Assembly: GCA_965240325.2 (NCBI GenBank) | Contig: OZ251246.1 | Coordinates: forward strand, 434,001-498,000 | Reading direction: 5' to 3' | Length of the DNA stretch: 64,000 nt | Origin: Rebecca billardiae RCC1528 | Taxonomy: Eukaryota; Protista; Haptophyta | In this document: piece by piece, positions 26,947 to 36,994 of the stretch | How positions within the stretch are numbered: position 1 is the stretch's first letter | Layout of the letters: each line of letters starts with the position of its first letter | The notes under the pieces: model-generated | Database searches by the model: none | What the model saw: only the letters and a program-made list of their open reading frames with translations | Told to the model about the DNA's origin: nothing | Made by a program: the position numbers and the translations under genes

Positions 26947-27143
26947 GGTGCTGCCGCGTGTGCCCGAGGCGAGCACGCGTCGAGGCGAGTCGCTCCCGCG
27001 CGCTGCGCTCGTGTGGAGGGCCGCCGAGCCGTGGTTTGAAGCGCGCGGTCCAGGCTGTGACGTCGGCCGCGGGCGCGGGGCGGTGAGCTCCTTTTTATTT
27101 GGCTTGAAACCGTCGGCGATACACTCACACGGCAGAGTACAGG

Positions 27144-29219
27144 ATGATGGCGCCCCGCGCGACACGCGCGTGGCATGCGCTGATCGCGCTGGTGGCGCTG
27201 GCCTGGCGAGCGCACGCCGACGCCCCCGGCGGGGCGGCCGAGGACGCCCTCGCGCAAGCCGCCGCCCAGGCCTACTCCCAGGGCGCCGCGCACTACAACC
27301 GCCGCGAGTGGCTCCCGGCGATCGATCAGCTCGAGCGCGCGCTCGAGCACGCGACCGTGCTCGATGGCCGGCCGCCGGGCACGGCGCAGACGCTGGCGAC
27401 GCTGCGGACGTTCATCGCGACGGCGCGGGAGAAGCAGGCCGAGGCCATGGGCGTCGTCGAGCGCGTGCCCACGCCCGAGGAGCCGCAGTACAGCGCCGCG
27501 ATGAAGGCGCTCTCCGGAGAGAATCCGCTTGTCGCCGAGCTCGACGCGCTGCGCACGGCGCGCGACGCGACGGCGGAGGGCTTCCTCAAGCTGGCGATGC
27601 GCGCGTTCGGCGAGGAGCGCGCGCACGCGATCGCCGCGCGCGCCTTCCGCGCGGGCGCGCTCCGCGCCGCGCGGCACGAGCCGGCCGTCGGCGGGTTTGT
27701 CGCACACGGCCTGCCATATCTGCTCATGCACGCGATGCAGCACAGCTGCGACTTCGCGGGCGTGGAGGCGTGGACGCCGGTGCTCGAGCGCGCGATGCGC
27801 ATGGCGATCAACTGCACCCGCGACCTGCCCGCGTGCGCCTCCGACCGGCGCCTCAGCCCCGCGCTCACGCCGGCCGCGCTCACGGCGGCGAACGCTTACA
27901 CCGTCCTTACCAACCCAGTGGCGTTTCGTCAGCCCGAGCTGCTGCTGGCGTTCCTGCGCTCGCGGTACGCGCTGGAGGGCCCGCCGGCGCGCCCGCGGCC
28001 CGGCGCGTTCGCCGCCGCCCACGCCGGCGCGCTCGCGAGCGCGTCCGCCGCGCACGCGGCGGACGCGGCCAGCCGGCCGGGCGCGCGACTGTTTCATTTC
28101 GGTTACATCACCGGCGTCCCCTCGGCGCACGTGACCTACGAGCTGGTCGGGCTGCTGCCGCTGCTGCACTCGGCGCGCTCGGTGCAGCTGAGCTGGTACA
28201 CGCTGCACGAGGGCGACGCGGCCGAGCTCCGCCGGATGGGCTGGTTCCGCACGGTGCGCGTGATCGATCTCGCGCGCATCTCGCCGGACGAGGCGGCCGC
28301 GGCCGTCCGCGCCGACGGCACGCAAGTGCTCGTTGACCTGGACGCGCACATCGAGGTGTCGGCGACGAAGCCGTCGGCGATGCTGATGCGCGCGCCCGCG
28401 CCCGTCGCGTGCCAGTGGCTCGGCTGGGCCGGCACGAGCGGCCACCCCGCCGTCGCCTACGCCGGGCTCGATCTCGAGATTGCGCCGCCGCGGCTCAAGC
28501 ACCTGTTCTCAGAACGGCTCGTGCTGCTCCCCGGGGCGTACCAGGCGAACAACCACGCGCTCAAGTGGAACCACGCGGTGGGCCGGTCCGAGCGGGGCGT
28601 CGCACAGCGCGCCGAGCACCTGCGCGCGCTCATCGCCGCGCAGCGCGGCGTGCGCGACGCCGTCTCGGAGGCGGAATCGGAGGCGGCCGCGGCCGCGGCG
28701 GAGGCGCGCCGGCTCGCGCGCGCGCCGGTCGCGTGCAACTTTAACCAGCTCTTCAAGCTGAGCGACGACGTGTACGCCGACTGGCGCAACGTGCTGCGGC
28801 GCGCGCGGCCCGCCAGCATCGTCCAGGGCGCCGGCGTCTCCTTCTCGCGCACCATCTCCCAGAACGACGCGCCGACGAATCTGCATGCGCTCGCGTACGC
28901 GGTTGGCGCCGACGCGGACAGCCACCTCCGCTTCGCGCGCCCGCTGCAGAAGGGCGACCACCTCGCGCGGATGAGCGTGATGTGCGACCTCGCGCTGGAC
29001 ACGCTGCACTACAACTCGCACACCACCGGCGCCGACGCGCTCTGGACCGCCACCCCGCTGCTCACGCTGCGCGGCACGACGATGGCCTCCCGCGTCGGTT
29101 ACTCGCTCTCGCGCGCCGCGGGCGTCGCCGACACGATGGTGCACTCGCACAAGGAGTACGAGGACTTCGCCGCGCTGCTGCTCGGCGCGGGCCGGCGGGC
29201 GGGCGCGTGGCACAGGTGA
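27144..29219 (+). CDS. O-GlcNAc transferase-like glycosyltransferase (GT41) with an N-terminal signal peptide
   Basis: Motifs SAHVTY, VLVDLDAH, PAPVACQWLGWAGTSG, FSERLVLLP, CNFNQLFKL and DLALDTLHYNSHTTGADALW...MASRVGYSL. Hydrophobic leader MMAPRATRAWHALIALVALAWRAHA; only about one TPR-like segment. Confidence 0.85.
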   Translation: MMAPRATRAWHALIALVALAWRAHADAPGGAAEDALAQAAAQAYSQGAAHYNRREWLPAIDQLERALEHATVLDGRPPGTAQTLATLRTFIATAREKQAEAMGVVERVPTPEEPQYSAAMKALSGENPLVAELDALRTARDATAEGFLKLAMRAFGEERAHAIAARAFRAGALRAARHEPAVGGFVAHGLPYLLMHAMQHSCDFAGVEAWTPVLERAMRMAINCTRDLPACASDRRLSPALTPAALTAANAYTVLTNPVAFRQPELLLAFLRSRYALEGPPARPRPGAFAAAHAGALASASAAHAADAASRPGARLFHFGYITGVPSAHVTYELVGLLPLLHSARSVQLSWYTLHEGDAAELRRMGWFRTVRVIDLARISPDEAAAAVRADGTQVLVDLDAHIEVSATKPSAMLMRAPAPVACQWLGWAGTSGHPAVAYAGLDLEIAPPRLKHLFSERLVLLPGAYQANNHALKWNHAVGRSERGVAQRAEHLRALIAAQRGVRDAVSEAESEAAAAAAEARRLARAPVACNFNQLFKLSDDVYADWRNVLRRARPASIVQGAGVSFSRTISQNDAPTNLHALAYAVGADADSHLRFARPLQKGDHLARMSVMCDLALDTLHYNSHTTGADALWTATPLLTLRGTTMASRVGYSLSRAAGVADTMVHSHKEYEDFAALLLGAGRRAGAWHR

Positions 29220-30515
29220 GTCCGCCGGCGATACGGCGCGCGACCCCGCAGCCGCGTTGCTCGCCTGCTCGCATCCCGGCGCTGCGGCTGCCCGTCGTGC
29301 TGAACTCGACGAATCGCCGCGTGCAGCTAGCAGCTAGCGCAGTAGCCTACTCGGTAGCAGTAGAGTGAGTATAGTTATTGATACTGCGCTGAAGCCTGAA
29401 TCTGCTCTGTCCGTCTGTGGCTGTGCCGCCGCTGACGGCATGCGGACAACCGTCATCAGTCAGCACATCATCAGCAGTGAGTAGTCACTCCGTCACCGCC
29501 GATTGATGCCACTCACACTGCTAGTCGGGCAGCGCCGCAGCGCGTACGTAAGGTCGTAGTTATATTAATTATTATACTTTCCGCGTAGTAGTACCATCAG
29601 CATGTCCATGACGAGTATATATATATACCGCCGGCGGCGCCGAAGTTTGACCGCGCGCGCGGCGGGCTTGAGGCGCGTGTGACGATCCACTACTGGCAAC
29701 CGCCTCATCAACGACCTGAGGCTGATGAGCAGCGACGAATAACTGCGAAGCAGCCTGACGATGAAGAAGCTCACGCCGCGCCGCCGGTCGCGCCACCCGT
29801 CGTAGTCGGATATGCTGATAATCAGTAAGTACTACCGTGCTACTAGTATGAGTAGCAGACTTAGTGGGGTCAGAGCTCCGACCGTTACACTCCCGAGTGA
29901 CACAATCTCCCGAAATCTCGAAATATGAAATATCTCCTCGGTTTCAGTAACTACTGTTTGAGTCCGTTTAAGTTCGTTTAGGCTTAATTCCAGGGTGTAG
30001 AATCCGCCTGTGCCAATTTCAGACTGCCAAAATGTGATCTAGATAGACGGTGCGATTCTGGTGCAAATATAGCGAGATCACCTTGGAGATCGTGTATCTC
30101 CCGTACTAATTGTCAAAGGAATCGCCAATCTACAGTGATTTCCAATTTCCAATCCAACATTTTACTCGCAGTCACACAGTGGCGGCGCGACCGCTGCGGC
30201 GGCGCTCGCACAAAATCCTCCAAAATCAACCTGAACCTCATCCTAAAATACAGCAGGACAGCATGGCTGGCGGCGGCATCTCGAAGTATTCCAGATGATT
30301 CTGAATGAACGCGGAAACATGAGTCGAGCACCACGAACACGTTGTGCTCCGCACCGCAAACAAGAGTCGAAGCCGTCGACCGACCTCGCGACCGTCAAGC
30401 CTCGAGACGCGTTCCCTGACATGCTAGCACGGTGCTGGGAGAACTTGGGCAAGGATGGAGACGACGAGAACAGCGGCAAGGACGTGAACGGCCATCAGCC
30501 CGCCCCAGTTGCTCC

Positions 30516-31669
30516 CCTCATTGGGTTGAAGCCAGGCGTGGCAGAGCGCGCGGCATTGCCGCGCTGCTCATCGGCGATCGCGCGCAAGCGCACGCCAGAC
30601 TACCTCGCCGCTGCCCTGAGGGGCATGCAGGCTGAGAAGAACCGGCAAGGCGAGAAGCTCACGCTTCTCCGCAAGCCCATCTCCAGCGCCTCCGGGCCTG
30701 GCAACATCGCTGACCTGAACTCAGGCAGCATCGTGTCGTATGCGCGCAATGCTGCATCGCACGCAAGGCCTCGAGCCGACATCAAGGATCACCTTGAGGA
30801 GGAGGTTCGCGCCAACCGATTTAGCTCAGTCGTTTCGGGCTCTTCATTCCCTCGGACATAACCGTAAGTCTCCTGTGGGACACCCCGCGAGGGGCTGTAG
30901 TCCCGTCCAGTGTTCTGACGGATTTGTTGTCGAGGTTTTTCTCTCCCCGCCTGGTCTTTCCCAGGTGTTCCACCCTGCGAGCTCGTCTGCTCTGTGGCTT
31001 CGTAGAGACTCCGTCTTTTGTGGGCGGTGAGCCCTTCTTTGCTGCTGTGGCTTTGTGAGGCTCTTTTTGTGTCTTTGTTGTTGACCCGGGCGACTGTACC
31101 CGGAGGTTGCGCGTCGCGTACCGTGCTCGTTTTTCTGTCGTCTTTCTTTGTCGGTCATCTTCTTCGTGCTCCCCTCTTTCGTTCGTCTTTTTGCCGACTC
31201 CCTCGCTTTTCATTCCCCCCCGGAGCCGCGAGGCTCTCGCGAGGTGAAGGTCGAAAGCGCTTCGCGTGAAGGGCCAAGAGTTCTTATGCCTGCGTGTCGG
31301 TCGCTGGATTCGAACAGGTGACTTTATGTCCGAGGGAATGAAGAGCCCGAAACGACTGAGCTAAATCGGTTGGCGCGAACCTCCTCCTCAAGGTGATCCT
31401 TGATGTCGGCTCGAGGCCTTGCGTGCGATGCAGCATTGCGCGCATACGACACGATGCTGCCTGAGTTCAGGTCAGCGATGTTGCCAGGCCCGGAGGCGCT
31501 GGAGATGGGCTTGCGGAGAAGCGTGAGCTTCTCGCCTTGCCGGTTCTTCTCAGCCTGCATGCCCCTCAGGGCAGCGGCGAGGTAGTCTGGCGTGCGCTTG
31601 CGCGCGATCGCCGATGAGCAGCGCGGCAATGCCGCGCGCTCTGCCACGCCTGGCTTCAACCCAATGAGG
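30516..31669. repeat. 346-bp inverted repeat (30516-30861 / 31324-31669) with a 462-bp spacer inside the LTR element
   Basis: The arms are reverse complements; both strands encode the identical peptide LIGLKPGVAER...SGSSFPRT*. Confidence 0.95.
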
Positions 31670-31716
31670 AGGAGGTTCGCGCACAGCGCGGTGAGGAGGA
31701 GCGTTGCCGCTCGCAT
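31324..31716 (-). CDS. Antisense ORF of the LTR element (130 aa) with a signal-peptide-like N-terminus
   Basis: Begins MRAATLLLTALCANLLLIGLKPG; its 3' 346 bp form one arm of the inverted repeat. Confidence 0.4.
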   Translation of the reverse strand: MRAATLLLTALCANLLLIGLKPGVAERAALPRCSSAIARKRTPDYLAAALRGMQAEKNRQGEKLTLLRKPISSASGPGNIADLNSGSIVSYARNAASHARPRADIKDHLEEEVRANRFSSVVSGSSFPRT

Positions 31717-32012
31717 CCCCCGCCATCGCGCCACTCCATCCGCACGCACGTCGTTGCGCAGGGGATCTCAACAACTACCGCCCGGGACTCTGCGCACGCG
31801 AGCGCGGTTCAAGAGCGCGCGGCTGAGAGCCCGCAGCTCAAGGAGTGCCTTGCGGCCTCCGAGTCATCGAACGAGGTCACCGAGCGTTCCGGGGCAGATG
31901 TAGCGCTCGACGCTGCTGCCGCTGATGCCGCTCCGACCGTCGAGGCCCTCGAGCCTGCCAACGCTGCTCGGCGTGCTGGCCTTCTGGCCCGGCCGCCAAT
32001 GACAGCGCGGTC

Positions 32013-33861
32013 GTGACCGCAGTCAGTCTGCAGCCTCGCTCGCACGACTCTGTGTCTGAGTCTGACCGATCGAACGATGACATTAACACCGATGAGTGCG
32101 ACGCAAACGACCTGTATGGTCTGGCAGAGCAAACTATGCTCCAAGATGCTACGACACGTGACTCTGTCACAGCGAGCTCAAGCATCAAGTCAGCGGCCGC
32201 ATTTATTATTGATGCGCCTGACCCAAACAAATACGTTTACCCCAAAATTACCAGCCTCACGATGGCTTCCGAAGCCGAGCTGCTCGCCACGAGCGACACA
32301 AGCAGCCGCGAGATGACCGCCGCAGAGACGGCAGAGTCCTCGTCTGGCACGTATCGACTCGCGTCGAACGTAGGAAGCGCATGCGATGCAGGGGGGGCAT
32401 CATACACCTGCTTGACGGCAAAGCCGCAGCAAAACCAAGTTGGCGAGCGCGACGCGCGTGCGCATGCATCAGCTGCGTCAGCCATCACAACGCCACACTC
32501 TTGCAAGGAAGAGTATTCCGCCGAAGCTGCCGCGGATGCACATGCATCACCGCTGGACAGAACGAGCGTGAAGAAGCCCAAAGAAGGCACCACAGCCTCG
32601 ACGAGGGTCACTCCTCGCTCGAAGGTAGAGCGCGAATCGCCACAGAGCGCGCGCGACACATCGACCAATGCACTTGAGTCGAAGAAACGTGACTGGATAG
32701 TCATCGAAGGAGGAGTCACAGACTCTAATCCAACCAAGAAGGAACGTGTGTTCATGGCACGCGAATCCTCGGCAGGAGTGGATACACCCGCCACACACAA
32801 GCTGACACAGTCGGCTCTGAAATCCAAGCGCGCGGTACACAGCGCGATACGGGATGCACTCGCAGAAGTGAGCACCTACTACAAGGGCAAATCCTCAGAT
32901 GTCACACCTGACATAATGGAGCCCAAGGATAGCAAGCTATCCGGCTTTCAACTCATTGCCAAAGACAAATGGGTGAAAGACGCAGCCAAAATCGATCCAT
33001 ACAAGGCTGACAACGCTGACGCCAACAAGATCGGATCGGTCTACGATCGATCTGCGGCAGCGATATTCAAGCAGCTGAAGGACTCTATTGAGCCTCAGTT
33101 ATTCGCCTATCTGGAATCGAAGCTGCACATCAGCGATCCGACCAAGAACTACTTGGATCTGGCGCTGCTGCTACAGATATTTGAGCGCGAGCTCAAGATC
33201 ACAACTATGTCCGAACTCAGGGATGAATTCCTGAAGTTATACCCGACAAAGGTGTCGCCCATTGGCGCATCGGACATTATCAAGAAATCCGTCGAGCAAG
33301 TCCGCTCATCTCGATATGGGAATCTGGACGATGCTACGATGTTGGTCTTCAAGCTGTATAACAGCATGCACGACCATCCCCAAGTCTACGAGTCAGTTAT
33401 CTCGCACTTCGGAGCGCTCACGCCCGAGCAATGTGTGGATAACACTGACCAGATAATGGCCCAGATGGAAGATGCCTACAAACGGCACGGCTCAATGAAG
33501 CTACTCCATCAGAACAATACCAAGGGGAGAGAGACCGAAAATTATTCCAAGATACGCCAAAATGCTGATTATCAGCAAGGCACGCGGCGACGCGGTGACT
33601 TTGAGGGCGCCGAAGTCTTCGCCGCCCAGGCCCAAAAGGCTCCAGCCAATGGCGAGAGCGGGCCGAATATCTCGGACACCCGGCAAACGGTGCACTCACT
33701 GTGGTCTCAAGAACCATACTGCCCAGCAGTGTTGGAATCTCCACCCAGAGCTACGCCCCAAGGCCAACAATTACAACAAAGGCAAAAACAAGGGAGCCAA
33801 CAAATTTCCCAAGGAGCGTATCCATTTCCTGGATATTCCTGCTCCGGATGCCTATGATTAA
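32013..33861 (+). CDS. Gag-like protein whose CCHC zinc knuckle lies in the +1 frame
   Basis: Long ORF with a helical capsid-like region (AIFKQLKDSIEPQLFAYLE...LRDEFLKL). CTHCGLKNHTAQQCWNLHPELRP (Copia-type knuckle) is in the ORF 33562-33861 frame; the shift is near 33675-33685. Confidence 0.75.
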
Positions 33862-34658
33862 ATATCAAGGCAGGGCATAGCCCAATAACAAGGTCCAAGA
33901 TCAAGGCCAAAGAGTGAACATATGGTGCAAATAAGCCCAGGACTGACTCGGGTTACCCAAAACCGTCACACGGAAGTCCCAGCACATGACCCGTATCCTG
34001 GCATTGGCAACCATTACTGACTCCAATTCACTCATGCACACAGATGCACAAACAATACCAAGCCCAAAATCACTCATAATCCAAGCTTAGTCCTCACAGA
34101 CGAGCGCATATTGGATTGAGGGGGGGTGTCAAAGGAATCGCCAATCTACAGTGATTTCCAATTTCCAATCCAACATTTTACTCGCAGTCACACAGTGGCG
34201 GCGCGACCGCTGCGGCGGCGCTCGCACAAAATCCTCCAAAATCAACCTGAACCTCATCCTAAAATACAGCAGGACAGCATGGCTGGCGGCGGCATCTCGA
34301 AGTATTCCAGATGATTCTGAATGAACGCGGAAACATGAGTCGAGCACCACGAACACGTTGTGCTCCGCACCGCAAACAAGAGTCGAAGCCGTCGACCGAC
34401 CTCGCGACCGTCAAGCCTCGAGACGCGTTCCCTGACACTAATGTTGCCGAGATCGCGTCGAGATTGAGGTCGTATATCTCCGCCAGTATATATGTGACCT
34501 TTTTTCGCAAAACTTGTCAGCGTGACCCCAGCTAGCTCATTTCAGGCGAATATTGACATCCCGAAGTTTGAGAGCCTCATCTCAAGACGACAGGAAGTTG
34601 GATTTTGGGCCACGCACCCCCCAGTGGGGCTCTGACCCCTCTACGAGTAGGCAGTAGC

Positions 34659-35779
34659 TCACTCATCCTGCTCCTCCGACGCGCCCCCTTCCTCCTCGCC
34701 TTTTGCCATCGGATTGCACAGCGTGCACTTGCACGGCACGATCATCCCGCAGCAGAAGCAGCTGCAGCAGGAGATCTTCACCTTGCCGCTGCCCTTCCAT
34801 TGGCACATGTCCAGATCCTGCGTACATCAGCAGTGTATTGCGTGCCACCGGCATTGTAGTGTCGTGTGCGGGGCGGGGGCGGGGGCGTGGGCAGCCGGGC
34901 AGGTGGCACCGCCGCGCGTGGCTCGCAAGCTCGTGGGCGCGCGGCGCGCACGGCGCACGCGCGCGGGCCGCCGCGCCACGCGCGCACGTTCTCGAAGAAC
35001 ATCAGGTCGAGCAGCAGCATCGCGCCGAGCATGTTGGCCTTGGTGGTCGCGTCTGCCGAGGGGTCCTTGAAGTGCAGTCTGAACATGTCCGCGTCCGTGC
35101 CGAGCTCGCGCATCGCGTCGCTGAGCGAGTGCGGCTTCTGCTTGGTGATCACCGCGCGCCCGCCGTCGAGCTTGAAGCTCGTGTCGCAGCACAGCTCGGA
35201 GCACCCGCCGAAGCACTGAGGCCCCTCAATGGTTCCAATGTCGGTCTCGGACCGATCCACAAGCTTAATCGACGGCTTGCATGCGGCGCCGCCAAACATC
35301 GTGGGCTGGCGGACGGCGCCGATCCGACTGTGCGGCGAGAGCGAGCCGGCCTCGCCCTCCACCGCGCCCGCGTACATCGTCGCCCCGTCCGCGCACGGCT
35401 CGCAGCACGCGCAGCAGCCGAGGCACGGCTTTTTGCAGCAGCAGCCGAGCCGCTCGACCGTCATCACCTGGTAGAGCTTGTTGCCGCGAGGGTCGACGGC
35501 GTGCACGTCGACGAGGAGCGTGTGCCCTGGCGCGCAGCAGATCCGGGTGAGCAGCGACGAGCGCTCCTCGGCGAGCATCAGCCGCGTGCCGTTCGTCTCG
35601 TCGAAGATGTCGTATTGGTTTGCTGCCTCGCAGCAGCCGCACGTTCCGGCCTCCATCATACTCACGCGCTGCTGCACGGAGAAGGTGTCCACCCGAGAGA
35701 GGATCTCCGCCGTCTGCGCGTCGATGCCGCCCGACGAGGCGTCCTTCACCTCCAGGAAGGGCGTGTCGCCGTCCTCCAT
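34659..35779 (-). CDS. Phospholipid scramblase (PLSCR) family protein; intron 34818-34987
   Basis: QQRVSMMEAGTCGCCEAANQYDI, AEERSSLLTRICC, ELGTDADMFRLHF and KANMLGAMLLLDLMFFEN. The last exon is Cys-rich (CCSCFCC). Confidence 0.85.
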
Positions 35780-36994
35780 GGTGGACAACGACTCCCGCCC
35801 GCGCGGCTCGAGCGGCCGCGCGCACGCGGGTCACAGGCGAACTGACGGTTCGCGACTTCGCGTGCTGGAATCTATCGCAGCTCCCCGGGGAAGTCCCACG
35901 GTCGGGAGAGTGGGGGCGCGAATGCCCGTCGGATGCCGTCCCACCGCGATCGCAGGCCCCAGCGCCACGACCAGGTCCATGGGGCGTGGCGTAGCCGCGT
36001 AGGCAGGTCGGCGCGGCCGTACGAGCGAGAGTGACAGCTTCCCTTAAGACGGACGTTTCGACCACTCTCACGTCCACGTCCACGTCCTCGACCTCGTGCG
36101 ACCGGGTCGCGTAAGACTGCGCAGGGAAGGATGGGCAAGAAGGGGCCATGATCACCCTTCTGACGGCCACGCTGACCTCTTGGGGCATGCCTTGCGACGG
36201 TGCAAACCTGTCAATGTTCCGTCTGACCCCACACGTCGTGAGTCTGACGAGCAAGGTTGGCCGCGCGGTCCCCGCATCGCCAATACGTCGGCCGCGGCGT
36301 GTGCCGACAGTGTCAGTGTGCGCCCGTCAATGACAGCAGGGCAATCATCGACTGACATGGCTAGCGAGCTGATCGGGGCTGGAGCAGCCTTCTCTGGGAC
36401 CACGCCACGCGCTTTGGCGACCTCGCCACGGCTCAATGCCCGCCCCGGAGGCACTGACGTGCCGCACTACCTGTCTACCTGGCCAGCCACCGCCAAAGTG
36501 GGCACCACCATCTGGCCGTACCGTACAGTCTGAAAGTACGTAGTATTACTATTATTGTACTGCGGTATCAGCAGGCTACAATTACAGCACTAAGCTACTA
36601 CGGTCGTCCGGAAATTGCATCGAAATTGCATGATGTCCGTCTGGGACTCCCAGTCACGTAATCCATATGGATACAGTTTACTATGTTTTAACGTGCACAC
36701 TTGGTTAAGGCGTGATTGACGCCATCCAACACTGCACAAAGACACCGCCACAAAACAGACCGGCGCAGGCAGGTGAGGGGCGCGTTGCCGCACCTCATCG
36801 AGGCGGCCATTGCAGCAAGCGGCCGCCCCGCGCTCGGAGGCACGCGCTCGGGAGCGCGCTCTGACACCACACGGGGAGGGTGCTGCACCTGGATGTTGTA
36901 TCCCAGCCACCTCGAGAGTGCAGCCGCAGTACTATTTACTTTACATCATGCTAATTTCGTTTTGCTCATCAAGCATCACAGTAGCTAGCCTACC

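Larger units (their letters stand above)
30111..34437 (+). mobile_element. Non-autonomous, gag-only Copia-like LTR retrotransposon (4327 bp)
   Basis: 311-bp LTRs at 30111-30421 and 34127-34437 (TGTCA...TGACA) look identical. 5-bp TSD CTAAT at 30106-30110 and 34438-34442. PPT TTGAGGGGGGG precedes the 3' LTR. No protease, integrase, RT or RNase H. Confidence 0.95.
29864..34641. mobile_element. Small (~445 bp) TA-flanked TIR element (MITE-like), split by the LTR insertion
   Basis: TA|GTGGGGTCAGAGCTCC at 29864 and GGGGCTCTGACCCCTC|TA at 34641 form a 14/16 inverted match. The interior is AT-rich and non-coding. Confidence 0.6.
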
